64,000 bases of DNA from Cyanobacteria bacterium auto_48_18 (GCA_036170915.1 JAVHQC010000015.1:96001-160000); one strand, 5' to 3'. Positions 26,448-36,345 are shown, counted from the stretch's first letter. Translations and numbers: made by a program. The notes: a model not told the origin generated them from the letters alone.

Positions 26448-28517
26448 TTAGTTGGTGTTCGAGTATGAGGCTAAGCGCGTGGCCTGGCAATACGGGCAAA
26501 CCTGCCATTCGCCGTAAATCTCGGCATCACAGTTTTTGCAACAAAATTCGTGTTCGCTCTCGGCTTTAGAGAGGCCGCATTTTGGACAACTGGTCCAGCC
26601 GTCTAATTGCATGGTTCCGCAGCGCAAGCAAGAAAACTTGAGGTCATGCTGACAAAATGGGCACTTGATAAAATCGTCTGATATGGGGTTGCGACATTTT
26701 CCGCAAAGGGTCTCTTCACCTGAGGTATCTGAAAGAGTCACCCGTACAACTTCATCAGCACTGGTGAGCCCCTGACCCACCAGGCGCACGCTGTAGTCTT
26801 TTAGCGGAATCATGCCTGATTGTTTAGCCGCCAAACGAATTAGCGAGGTGGTAGAGCCTTTGCAAATAAGATCGCGAATCTCATCATTCATTTTCATCAC
26901 TTCAAAGACACCAATGCGATTTTTGTAGCCAGTCTGGTGGCATTCGTCGCAGCCTTTTCCTTTAGCAAAAATCGGCCAACCGTCTTTATCCGTGCGTAGT
27001 TTGTAATACTGGATAGTCGACTCAGCCAGCTTTTCTTGCCCTTTGTCGAGCAAACCAAGATATTCAAGAGCGCTGCGCTCAGGCGAATATTCTTCTTTGC
27101 AATGCAAACAAACGCGGCGTAAAAGTCTCTGGGCAATCACTCCCACTGTGGCCGAAGAAACCAGATACGGATCCACTTCCATTTCTGCCAGTCTGGTCAT
27201 CGCCCCTGGTGCGTCATTGGTGTGTAAAGTGGTGAAAACAAGGTGTCCAGTCAGTGCGGCTTCTACCGCGATTTTGGCTGTTTCTCGGTCACGCGTTTCA
27301 CCAACAAGTATGATGTCCGGATCTTGCCTCAAGAATGAGCGCAAAATGCGGGCAAAGTCTAAACCTTTTTCACGCAGCACCTGCACTTGGGTGATGCCTT
27401 GCATTTCGTATTCAATTGGATCTTCAGCGGTGAGAATATTCACTTCAGGAGTGTTGCGCTCAGCCAGTGCCGAATAGAGGCTGGTGGTTTTACCTGAGCC
27501 GGTGGGGCCGGTGACGAAAATGATACCGTAAGGTTTGAGCACCATTTCACGAATGGTGGCAAGTGTTTCTTTTTCAGTAATTAGATGATCAAGACCAAAA
27601 GTGGTGCCTGATTTATCTAGCTGCCTCATCACCACTTTTTCGCCATGTTTACTGGGAATGGATGAGACGCGGAAATCAATATCTTTGCCTGAGAAACGCA
27701 CTCGAATGCGGCCATCCTGGGGCAGGCGGCGTTCAGCAATATCAAGGTCAGCCATAATTTTGAAGCGCGAAATCAAGGCAGCGAGAATGGCCTTAGGTAA
27801 TTTGCGATCAACAAAAAGCACCCCATCTAAGCGATAACGGACCATTACATATTTGTCTTGCGGTTCGATATGAACGTCAGAACACTGGCGCTTAATTGCC
27901 TTAGCCAAGATTTGATTGGCTAGCTGCACTATAGGAGCATCTTGAGCCTGTTTAGCCAGATCTAAATCGTTGATCGAATCGTCATAGTCGACTAAAACAT
28001 CCAGGCTGGAGAGATCAACTTCTGATTCAATAAAAGTTTGATCCGCCTGTTCTTCCCACTCTTCACTCAGCTCTTCTTGCCGACGCGAATAGACTGTTTC
28101 CATAAAGTGCTGAAAATCGTCTTCAGTACAGACTACGGGCCGAATGGAGACACTCTTGAGTCGATATTTAACATCGTCTAGAGCGAGTAAATTATTAGGA
28201 TTAACCATGGCCAGAGTGAGTAATTTGCCATCAACTGATAGTGGCACCACTTGATGTTGGCGCATCACTTTTTCAGGCAATAATTCCAGAGCCGTATGAT
28301 CAGCTTGAGCATTAGCCAGCGAAATATAATTGCAGCCGTATTGAGTCTCTAGTGCAGTCTTCAAATGAGTCTCATTGGCAAGACCAAGACGCGACAAAAT
28401 CAGCGAAATCGGCTCGCCGGTTTTCATGCGCTCTTGCTGCACGATTTTCAATTCGTCGCTGGTTATGAGCCCATTGTCTACGAGCAGCTCACCAATTTCT
28501 TTTTTAATCAGAGCCAT
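26448..28517 (-). CDS. pilB: Type IV pilus extension ATPase PilB with C-terminal zinc ribbons
   Basis: MshEN-like N-terminus; SDVHIEP, ERRLPQDGR, GPTGSGKTT, LRQDPD and TLHTND motifs; tail with six CxxC pairs. Confidence 0.95.
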   Translation of the reverse strand: MALIKKEIGELLVDNGLITSDELKIVQQERMKTGEPISLILSRLGLANETHLKTALETQYGCNYISLANAQADHTALELLPEKVMRQHQVVPLSVDGKLLTLAMVNPNNLLALDDVKYRLKSVSIRPVVCTEDDFQHFMETVYSRRQEELSEEWEEQADQTFIESEVDLSSLDVLVDYDDSINDLDLAKQAQDAPIVQLANQILAKAIKRQCSDVHIEPQDKYVMVRYRLDGVLFVDRKLPKAILAALISRFKIMADLDIAERRLPQDGRIRVRFSGKDIDFRVSSIPSKHGEKVVMRQLDKSGTTFGLDHLITEKETLATIREMVLKPYGIIFVTGPTGSGKTTSLYSALAERNTPEVNILTAEDPIEYEMQGITQVQVLREKGLDFARILRSFLRQDPDIILVGETRDRETAKIAVEAALTGHLVFTTLHTNDAPGAMTRLAEMEVDPYLVSSATVGVIAQRLLRRVCLHCKEEYSPERSALEYLGLLDKGQEKLAESTIQYYKLRTDKDGWPIFAKGKGCDECHQTGYKNRIGVFEVMKMNDEIRDLICKGSTTSLIRLAAKQSGMIPLKDYSVRLVGQGLTSADEVVRVTLSDTSGEETLCGKCRNPISDDFIKCPFCQHDLKFSCLRCGTMQLDGWTSCPKCGLSKAESEHEFCCKNCDAEIYGEWQVCPYCQATRLASYSNTN

Positions 28518-28526
28518 AGAGATACC

Positions 28527-28561
28527 TTATGAAACACATTATGAAACACATTATGAAACAC
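28527..28561. repeat. 12-bp tandem repeat (three copies) directly upstream of pilB
   Basis: (TTATGAAACACA)x3, last copy one base short; begins 10 nt from the pilB start codon. Confidence 0.9.
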
Positions 28562-28670
28562 CGGCCGACCTTGTTGTTATGCCCGGCTAAGGCGTCATAT
28601 CTATCGATTTGGGTAAAGTAACAACAAGCAGTGAGAGGCACTAGCCATCGATTTATCAGACCAACCAGCA

Positions 28671-30092
28671 TTGAACCTGCCCGAAGCACTCGAGCGCCGC
28701 CAGTCGGCCCTTTCCAGGGCCAGGGCGCACCAGATGGCGCAGAGACTGTTTGCCCGGGCGGTCGTGCCCAGTCTTTCTCATAAAATCTACACACTGATTG
28801 GTTTCGCCTGGCCTGTTTTCGGCATTATCTTCCTCACTTTGCTCTGCAGTACCGATTGGTTTGGCGTCAACCTGGTGCAACTGGTCCCTGTGGCCGTGGT
28901 CAGTGCCCTGGCCCTGGGTCATGCTATTGCTCTAGCACTGGAGAGCAGTTGGGCCACCCGAGGCGCATACTTCTTTAAACAGGGCATGCCCTTGATTTTT
29001 TATCGTCACATGGCCACTATCGTGGCTCCTGGGGCGTTCACTGAAAACATTGCCGTGCCGGAAGAGCCTGGCGGTCACTATTCCGGATACGGCCAACCAG
29101 CCATTGTCTTCGGGCTCAAGCGCGTCTTATTCGAAGCTGTGGACGAGCTATATTTGACATTTCTCGGCACCTTGGAGGTGCGCTCGTATGTGAGCGCCGG
29201 CCATGTGTTCGCCGGCGAAAGCGACAATACTTCTAACAATCAATCACAATCAGACGAACCGCTCAACCGCCCTGATGTGCTGGTGCGCTTGCCGCTTTCG
29301 ATTTTGAATCAGTCGAAGCAAAACGAACTGGTATCACTGTTCACTAGCTTTAACCCTGACATTAAAATCAATCAGCGCCTGGCTGAGCGTCTAAATTCGC
29401 CCATTGTGCGCGGCCAAAATCTGATTCAATCATTTGGCGCCGCTCTCCTACTTTTCGCACTCTGCGACGTCACTTATGCCACTTTTACCTGGCTCGAAAT
29501 GCTCAAAAATTATTATGGCTCTCAGCTCTGTATGCGCCATCCCGACGAAGCTGCCATCTTTATACCTGGTAAGACTGCGCCTCTGCGCGCCGGGCAACTA
29601 TATGAGCAGGCTGAGCAAATCCGTTTACACCCGGCTCCGCTCTCATGGGCCTACCGGGCGCTTTTTGCCAATGGCAATTCCCAGGCACAGCTACTTGCCA
29701 TAAAAGCTGAAACTCTTTATCGCATGGGCCGCATCAAAGAGGCAATAAGCACACTGGAAGAAGCGGTGGAGGTTAAAGCCAGCGGCTTTAAGGCTAAGCT
29801 GCAACTGGTGCGTTATCTGGCAGAGGATGGCAGAGTGCCTGAAGCGCGCAAAATTTTGGCCGCCATTGTAGAAAAACACAAAGATGTGCTTTTGCCTCGC
29901 GTCTACGATGATGCCCTCCTGAGCGACCAGCCTGAAGCCATGGCGGCGGCCTACGGCAAAGATTTAGTTGCTCTCGATGAAGAAGTTTTTGGCACAGAGC
30001 CTGCCTGGCCGCCAGGTGGGGAAAAACCAATCATGGAAATGTGGAAAAGAGACGACCTTACTTTCATTGGCGATCGACTTTTGAAAAAGTGA
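28671..30092 (+). CDS. Membrane protein with C-terminal TPR-like repeats
   Basis: Two or three TMs; KAETLYRMGRIKEAISTLEEAV TPR-like helices; divergent from pilB. Confidence 0.7.
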   Translation: MNLPEALERRQSALSRARAHQMAQRLFARAVVPSLSHKIYTLIGFAWPVFGIIFLTLLCSTDWFGVNLVQLVPVAVVSALALGHAIALALESSWATRGAYFFKQGMPLIFYRHMATIVAPGAFTENIAVPEEPGGHYSGYGQPAIVFGLKRVLFEAVDELYLTFLGTLEVRSYVSAGHVFAGESDNTSNNQSQSDEPLNRPDVLVRLPLSILNQSKQNELVSLFTSFNPDIKINQRLAERLNSPIVRGQNLIQSFGAALLLFALCDVTYATFTWLEMLKNYYGSQLCMRHPDEAAIFIPGKTAPLRAGQLYEQAEQIRLHPAPLSWAYRALFANGNSQAQLLAIKAETLYRMGRIKEAISTLEEAVEVKASGFKAKLQLVRYLAEDGRVPEARKILAAIVEKHKDVLLPRVYDDALLSDQPEAMAAAYGKDLVALDEEVFGTEPAWPPGGEKPIMEMWKRDDLTFIGDRLLKK

Positions 30093-30133
30093 GGCGCTTT
30101 TGGCCTCTGAGTAAAGGGGGCGTCTTTCTCGCG

Positions 30134-30199
30134 CCTAAGAAATTTTACAACTCATAAGTTGTAGTTTTTTACAACTTATCGGTTGTAAAATTTCTCAGG
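30134..30199. repeat. Nested inverted repeat (30-bp arms, each internally palindromic)
   Basis: CCTAAGAAATTTTACAACTCATAAGTTGTA, GTTTTT spacer, TACAACTTATCGGTTGTAAAATTTCTCAGG; three mismatches between arms. Confidence 0.85.
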
Positions 30200-30325
30200 G
30201 TTTACCGAGTGAACGGCCGTCCTTGTGCAGTTGGTCAAAAAAGTTAAAAGCCATTTAGCTACAAAAATGTTTAAAGCTGACGCTCCTTGACAAATCTCTA
30301 GTAACATTATGGCTTTGCGAGGCTT

Positions 30326-31570
30326 ATGGCTTTACGGGCTCTACTTACCGACAAAAAAACAGTGGTCAGCGCCGCTTGTATTGCTGCTGGTCTGGTGGCG
30401 GCCTTAGACTTTGGTTTTGGCATCACTCACCCGCTTGCATCAATCAACACCGTTAACACCGATAAAGGTGAGCCATATAACACGGTAGTGGCGATCAAAA
30501 AAGACATGGCCGCCACCGGCTCTGGTGCCAATGTCTTTCTGCTCGGTTCGTCACTTGTGGTGGCACCAGCCTTACAATGCGAAGCTGATTTTCGCGGCCA
30601 ATCGTTCAAGCGCTTCCATGACCGCCGCCTGACTAGTTTTGAAACTTATCTCGAAGGCGCTCTAAGGCTTCAATCAGGGGCCAAAGTGCCTGCACCCCGA
30701 AGCTATCTTCTTGCTGTGGGCGGAGAAATGGCTTCAGACGCCTATATTCTTACTAAAGAAATTCTCGCCAAAGAAATTCTCGACAGAAATACAAACACCT
30801 GCATTATCTACGGAATTGCGCCACGAGATTTTCACGATAATCTTTTTCCGCGAGTTGACTCGAGCCCTGTCTTTCGTATTTTTGGCAAGCTTGAAGACTT
30901 ACCAGGGCTCTTTGCCGCTGAGCCCACTCTTTCTGCCGACGAGCAAAAATCTGCCTGCGTTGAGCGGCTCTCCAGTTTTTATCGCTATCGCAGCGACTGG
31001 CAAAAGCTTTTCGATATTAGAGCCAAAAGACTGATTGAAAAATGCTTGCCTTTTGTAGTGTTCGAGAAATATTCAGAGAGTCTGGCTCTCAAGCAACAAA
31101 AGAAAGGCCTGCTGCCGGGAGAAGCTATAGGCACACCGCTGGTGGTGCCTCAGACTGCTCTAGATCATGAAAGTGTTGCCGCCACTCATGATGAATATAA
31201 ACGACGTTATAACCCCCTTAAACCGGCGAAGTATCAAGCTCAATTTGCCTACTTCGAGCGCCTGTTGGCCTATTGCCAGGAGCACAATGCCAGTTTGCTG
31301 GTGGTTAACATGCCGCTTTCGCAAGACAATATGGCTCTTTTGCCAAAAGATTCCTACAAAAACTATCTCAGTGGCTCGACGCAGCTCTGTGAAAAATATG
31401 GCGTAGAATTTGTGGACCTCAATAATTCCGCATGGAATCAAGAATCGAACTTTGTCGATTCGGTGCATCTCGCACCAAAAGCAAGCCAAGCCTTCATGCG
31501 AAAATTGGCCACTCTGGCAGCCAAATCAAATATGGCTGTGGCTTCGCGACGGGGCAAGAAAGAAATTTAG
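30326..31570 (+). CDS. DltD/SGNH-like (DUF1574-like) membrane-anchored acyltransferase/esterase, paralogue 1
   Basis: N-terminal TM; LGSSL, GEMASDAY, YGIAPRDF, VNMP and DSVHL motifs. Confidence 0.75.
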   Translation: MALRALLTDKKTVVSAACIAAGLVAALDFGFGITHPLASINTVNTDKGEPYNTVVAIKKDMAATGSGANVFLLGSSLVVAPALQCEADFRGQSFKRFHDRRLTSFETYLEGALRLQSGAKVPAPRSYLLAVGGEMASDAYILTKEILAKEILDRNTNTCIIYGIAPRDFHDNLFPRVDSSPVFRIFGKLEDLPGLFAAEPTLSADEQKSACVERLSSFYRYRSDWQKLFDIRAKRLIEKCLPFVVFEKYSESLALKQQKKGLLPGEAIGTPLVVPQTALDHESVAATHDEYKRRYNPLKPAKYQAQFAYFERLLAYCQEHNASLLVVNMPLSQDNMALLPKDSYKNYLSGSTQLCEKYGVEFVDLNNSAWNQESNFVDSVHLAPKASQAFMRKLATLAAKSNMAVASRRGKKEI

Positions 31571-31596
31571 TTGGCTATTGAGTCAGTAAATCGAAA

Positions 31597-32268
31597 TTAA
31601 TCAGGTTTCTGGCTGCTTTTTTCTTTCAATGCGCGGCTCAAAAGACCATTTAACATCGAACTGGAAGGGTCTAATTGATGGGCTCTTGTCACAGCGTCTA
31701 ACTCACCGTCAAGATCGTTATGCATAATGGCGTCGTGAATTAGAATCATCCAGGCCTGGAGAAAATTTTCGTTAATGGCCAGGGCGTTGCGGGCACATTG
31801 TGCTGCTGTTTCTGTGTCGTGCATGCGCATGTAAACTGATGCCATGGCTGTTTGTGCCCATTCAAATTTTGGATAACGTCTGGCCAGATCGGTAAACAAG
31901 TTTAGGGCGTCGCTGGGATTAGACGAACGCAGCAAAACATTGCCTTGCTTATACATTTCATTGCAGTGCGGTGTCACCGGATATAGTGGCAACTCAGCTT
32001 TTAAAATTACTCGAGCTCTGGCACCATATCGGTCGTGTCCGCTTAACTTGTCAATTTCCTGGTAAAGCTTGCGCGCTTTTTCAATATTGAGATTATTCAG
32101 CTCTGCCGCCGCTTTGCTATAGAGATATTGAAATTGTTGATAACGACTGCGGTCTTCCGGCTCTGCTGGCTCTGGCGGCATACATTGCCCGGGTGGCGGC
32201 GAGAGAATGCCACCAAATGAAATTAGAAGAGACACCGTTGCCGCAAACAAAATTGCTTTTACTGCCAT
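31597..32268 (-). CDS. Exported TPR protein
   Basis: Signal peptide; TPR-like helices; start overlaps the end of the upstream DltD-like gene. Confidence 0.75.
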   Translation of the reverse strand: MAVKAILFAATVSLLISFGGILSPPPGQCMPPEPAEPEDRSRYQQFQYLYSKAAAELNNLNIEKARKLYQEIDKLSGHDRYGARARVILKAELPLYPVTPHCNEMYKQGNVLLRSSNPSDALNLFTDLARRYPKFEWAQTAMASVYMRMHDTETAAQCARNALAINENFLQAWMILIHDAIMHNDLDGELDAVTRAHQLDPSSSMLNGLLSRALKEKSSQKPD

Positions 32269-33515
32269 TGCTTTTGCTTGCCGGCGCTTAAAACTTGTGA
32301 CTGCTGGCCTGCGGCAGGCATCACCGCTGTAATGTCAGGGCGATTATTGAGCTCTCCGGCAATGGCAGAAATCAATTTTGCACCACCAAAGCGGTTAAGG
32401 TGAACTGTGTCGAGATAATCAGTGATAACAAAGCGCTGGTCGTCAAAAAGGTCAACGAAAGAGGCTCCAGAAGCCACTGTCTGTTCACGCAAATATTGTT
32501 TGAAATTCGTCCAGAAGGAGGCTGGCAAAATGTGGCGGTTAGACTCGAGGCTAGGCATACCGACAACGATAACTTTGATATCTTGTGCTTTCAAATAGCT
32601 GAGCAGAGCCTGGAAGTAAGCTTTCTGTCCGGCCAGACAGGGAGGGTTGGGGCGTTTATAGCGCCGCACATATTCTCTGCTGTTGTCTACAAAGCTAAAT
32701 GGCGGTTTGGCAGGCACGCGCCAGGTACCCTGACGAATGTCGCCTGCAGAGCCTGAGATAGCCTGTAAAACTTGTGTTGCTAGTGGTTGGCTCTTATTCT
32801 TTTCTAGAGAACCTTTACCTTCCGGATTGGTGAAAGTAGCAATATTAGCCAGACTTGGCGGTTCATTGCCTTTGCAGATGGTATTCACTTGCTTAAGCGG
32901 CAAATGCTTTTTCAACTTATAGTCAAGCAAACTAAATGGGCCATCAAATGAAACCGGCGACAACTCTTCAATATCTACATAGGGGCTGAGGAAATAGAAA
33001 GCGTCAGTGGCGCTGGCAGCAGGCAGATCATTATCAAGGAAATCACGAGGATTGACGCCAATAATCACAGCTTTCGGTTTTTCCTTGCCGCTGAAGAGTG
33101 TCTTGGCCACCAGGTAGTGGTCTGAGACCATAGCGCCGCCCATAGATAAGTTGAATACCTGTGGGGCCTTGCCGTTCAGTTTTTGCACGGCGTCCGTCAG
33201 TCTTGTCACTTCTCTCTGGTCTGTTGTATCTAGCGCCTCAAAGCGATGTTCAGCCTCGGCAGAAAATATGGCAGAGCCCATTTGTGAACTGCCTAAAATC
33301 GCTAAGTCAGGAGTTTGTGGTTGGCTCAAATAAGCACGCAATACCCACCAGATCCAGGGGCCTTCCTGACGTTTCTCATAGTTGGCACGGCGCAGTGCAT
33401 TAAGGTCTAAAGTTTTTGCTGCTGGTAGACCTTTCTGGTGAAAGAGCCCATAAAGAGCCAGATTTGCCAGGGTGAATAGCAACAGTGCGGTGGGAAATGC
33501 TCTTTTATATGGCAT
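32259..33515 (-). CDS. DltD/SGNH-like protein, paralogue 2
   Basis: LGSSQM, NLSMGGAMVSDHY, GVNPRDFLD, VGMP and DTVHLNRFG motifs. Confidence 0.75.
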   Translation of the reverse strand: MPYKRAFPTALLLFTLANLALYGLFHQKGLPAAKTLDLNALRRANYEKRQEGPWIWWVLRAYLSQPQTPDLAILGSSQMGSAIFSAEAEHRFEALDTTDQREVTRLTDAVQKLNGKAPQVFNLSMGGAMVSDHYLVAKTLFSGKEKPKAVIIGVNPRDFLDNDLPAASATDAFYFLSPYVDIEELSPVSFDGPFSLLDYKLKKHLPLKQVNTICKGNEPPSLANIATFTNPEGKGSLEKNKSQPLATQVLQAISGSAGDIRQGTWRVPAKPPFSFVDNSREYVRRYKRPNPPCLAGQKAYFQALLSYLKAQDIKVIVVGMPSLESNRHILPASFWTNFKQYLREQTVASGASFVDLFDDQRFVITDYLDTVHLNRFGGAKLISAIAGELNNRPDITAVMPAAGQQSQVLSAGKQKQWQ

Positions 33516-33518
33516 CGG

Positions 33519-35021
33519 TTACATTGCCCCGCCATTTTTTAAGGAGGCATTTTTTACAGGCTTGGCACCAATTTTGGTGGCATCCATATGAGATGCCGAG
33601 TCTGGATCGGCTTTGTCAACCGGATGGCCAAAGGCGCTCTGTAGTTTTTCTTGCAAACGATCGGTTTCTATGGCATTGGCATTAGCTTCAACAGCATGAG
33701 CGTGTGCATTCTGGCGCGCCAGCTCCTGACCAGCCATGCGGAATGCGACGTTACTGCGCGGCGTCAGAGTGAGCGAATAGATCAAACTATCGAACAGCTT
33801 TTTAGCTCCAAAACCATTGAGATGCACATAGTCGTGATAATCACTTTTTGCATAGTGCATAAAATCGTTGAGGTCGAAAGCCGTGATTTGCTGGTCGAAG
33901 GCAAACTGTTTTAAAGTCAGCACAAAATTGAAATAAGCCTGGGGCTTGAGCACGGCAATATTTTCTTTAGCGATAGGCATATTGACGAGAATCAACTCCA
34001 TGCGCTCCTGGCGGCAGAGCTGCACAAGTTTGCGCAAGAAATAAAACTGCGTGCGGAATGTGTGTTTATCAGGATGGCTGTAACGCTCGACGTAGTCGGC
34101 GGTATTGTCTTTCCAGGCGGCAATCGCTTCTTCTTGCGTGTGTGGCTGCGTGATGATGGCCTGGGCATGAATTTCGCCAGGCTTATAGAAAGGTATGAGT
34201 TTATTTCTTTGCCAGTACGAATAAGCGGTTGTGTTGACCTGCACAGGCGTAATGCGGTCGAGTATGGCCGAGATGGTGTCAACGCTGAGCATCTGAAAAT
34301 CAACTGAATGGTGTGAAAAATAGAAATTGCGATTGATAAACCAGTCGAGGCGACCAAGCGGATCGCGAAAAAGGCCGGAAGCGCATTCGTCGGTATTAAC
34401 AAGGCGGTTGAGAAAACGGAATGGCTCAGTATCAGTTGGGCTGGACATTCTGCTATCAATAAAGTCACGCGGAGCAACACCGTAAATCACTACGTCGGGA
34501 CGATGCGCGGTTGTGAGCATACCTTTCAAAGTCAAGTATGCATCTGAAGGCATCTGCCCGGGAGCCGATAGGTTATAGGTATTGAAGTCGCCACCAAATG
34601 CGGTGCGCAGCTGATCGTCTAAATAACTGGCTTTGTGATAGGCGGTTAAATCAAGTTGTTTCTTTAGATAGTTGGCATCACAATTAGAAACAGCGCTGAC
34701 CATGAGCGATGATCCTAGAAGTGCAACGTTGTGAACTTCTGCCTTTGTTCTTAAATCATTGAAAGTCCACCATGACCAACCTTGATAAGGAAAGCGGAAA
34801 GGATCAAAATTGAAAGGTGTATAGAATGAAAAGGCTAAGTTGACAGCCACAAACATTGCCGCTGCCACAACAAAAGAACTAACGCGGCCGCGCTTTCTGC
34901 GATCTTGAAAATGTGTGCCGTAAGCTTGCGTCTCTTGTTCGCTGGAGCGACGGCGATCGCCGTGATCATTGGAATGCTCAGTGGCATGCTCAATCTTAAT
35001 TTCTGGTGCCGCTAGAGTCAT
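33519..35021 (-). CDS. DltD/SGNH-like protein, paralogue 3
   Basis: LGSSLM, NLSAPGQMPSDAY, YGVAPRDFID, VNMP and DYVHLNGFG motifs. Confidence 0.75.
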   Translation of the reverse strand: MTLAAPEIKIEHATEHSNDHGDRRRSSEQETQAYGTHFQDRRKRGRVSSFVVAAAMFVAVNLAFSFYTPFNFDPFRFPYQGWSWWTFNDLRTKAEVHNVALLGSSLMVSAVSNCDANYLKKQLDLTAYHKASYLDDQLRTAFGGDFNTYNLSAPGQMPSDAYLTLKGMLTTAHRPDVVIYGVAPRDFIDSRMSSPTDTEPFRFLNRLVNTDECASGLFRDPLGRLDWFINRNFYFSHHSVDFQMLSVDTISAILDRITPVQVNTTAYSYWQRNKLIPFYKPGEIHAQAIITQPHTQEEAIAAWKDNTADYVERYSHPDKHTFRTQFYFLRKLVQLCRQERMELILVNMPIAKENIAVLKPQAYFNFVLTLKQFAFDQQITAFDLNDFMHYAKSDYHDYVHLNGFGAKKLFDSLIYSLTLTPRSNVAFRMAGQELARQNAHAHAVEANANAIETDRLQEKLQSAFGHPVDKADPDSASHMDATKIGAKPVKNASLKNGGAM

Positions 35022-36316
35022 ATTGCTGGTGACTCCTTCTGCACAACCATGGCTTCCTGCCTGGTTGTCTGGCGGAATCTGTCGAAGGCACCATCTGAGG
35101 CGATATTTGAAGGGCTTGTAATGGCAGCCATAGTCGGCTTGTCAGCAGCCATCACTTGTACGATTTTGTCGAGCAGTTTAGCGCCGCCACCAGAATGGAG
35201 GTGTAGAGTGTCTCGAAAATCATCAGTTTTAAAGCTGCCTGTTGCTTGCATATCAAAAAATGTGGTGCAGTCTGCATTGGCCACGGCCAGAGTGCGCAGG
35301 CGGTCACAATAAAGTTTCCAGGTGCTATCGGAAAGCAAATTGCGATTGGCGTCCGTAATCGGCATGGCCACCAGCACCACGTGAATGTCGCGACTTTTTG
35401 CCGTCTGCAAGATGTCAGAGAGAAACTGCATCTGGCCATTGAAAGTTTCAAGTTTGAGATTTTTGTAGCGCTGGCGATACTCGCCGACATTGTCTTCAAA
35501 TTTAGGTCTAGCGCTGGCCGCTTCAGGGCTGAAGAAGCACTGCTGGCGGTTAATTTCAAAGGGATGATAATCAGGCAAAAGTAAGCGACGCAAACCAGCC
35601 AGTTCGGCTACTGTTTGTTTCGTTTGGGGTTGCGGTGCCATTTTGTCTAACAGGGCAACAATAATTTTATTGGCATTGAAGACCAGTTGCGATTTGCTGC
35701 CGTAAGTGTAGAAGGCCTGCCCAAGCTCATAACTGAGGCGCTCTTGCCACTGAGGCACAATCAAATCAACACGTTTGCTCCAATCACCAAAACGTGAAAG
35801 GTATTGAAATGGGTCGGTTGCCGCCGGGCTTTGCAAAAGGTTGTCGAGAAAATCACGGGGACCGACACCGTAGACAATTACTTTCGGCGTCTGTTCACCT
35901 TTGAGCAAAAATTCGGTGATTAAGGCAGCGTCAGAAGGCATTTCTCCCGGCAAGGAAAAATTATAAGTAGAAACTTTTTTGCCGGTTTGTTTAGCAAACT
36001 GGTCTTCGAAATAATGACTTTTGTGATGTGCTGAGCCATCGATGCGTCGATTGAGATGATCGGCATCAGTACTGTCTAGAGGCACAAGCATGAGCGACGA
36101 ACCAAGAAAAACCAGATCAGGTTTTTTCGCTTCTTCAACAAATTCTTTTATTGCCCAGGTGGTCCAGGTGTTGTAAGCAAAATCAGTGGGTTTGGTCTGA
36201 CCAAAAGCCAGCGCGGCCATGCTTGCGGAGAGCAAGGCAAAGCCGGCTGTGGCCACCAAGAATTTACTCTTGAATGGATTGACTTTTATTCTTTTATTGA
36301 CTTCCACACTGTTCAC
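35018..36316 (-). CDS. DltD/SGNH-like protein, paralogue 4
   Basis: LGSSLM, NFSLPGEMPSDA, YGVGPRDFLD, VAMP and DTLHL motifs. Start moved to GTG 36316 to avoid overlap with the MBOAT gene (track start 36406). Confidence 0.75.
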   Translation of the reverse strand: MNSVEVNKRIKVNPFKSKFLVATAGFALLSASMAALAFGQTKPTDFAYNTWTTWAIKEFVEEAKKPDLVFLGSSLMLVPLDSTDADHLNRRIDGSAHHKSHYFEDQFAKQTGKKVSTYNFSLPGEMPSDAALITEFLLKGEQTPKVIVYGVGPRDFLDNLLQSPAATDPFQYLSRFGDWSKRVDLIVPQWQERLSYELGQAFYTYGSKSQLVFNANKIIVALLDKMAPQPQTKQTVAELAGLRRLLLPDYHPFEINRQQCFFSPEAASARPKFEDNVGEYRQRYKNLKLETFNGQMQFLSDILQTAKSRDIHVVLVAMPITDANRNLLSDSTWKLYCDRLRTLAVANADCTTFFDMQATGSFKTDDFRDTLHLHSGGGAKLLDKIVQVMAADKPTMAAITSPSNIASDGAFDRFRQTTRQEAMVVQKESPAI

Positions 36317-36345
36317 TGATAACCGCCAGCATTCAACAACTCTTT

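Noticed and set aside
28605..28620. GGGTAA SigF/SigB-like -10 element (also near 56417 on the minus strand and 62842)
   Set aside because: A six-base match without a convincing upstream element is expected by chance.
28375..28794. Short ORFs with YETH or FIMC repeats
   Set aside because: Produced by the 12-bp tandem repeat and overlapping pilB or the divergent gene.
34953..34960. HIP1 octamer GCGATCGC
   Set aside because: An isolated occurrence; no visible enrichment of the kind seen in many photosynthetic cyanobacteria.
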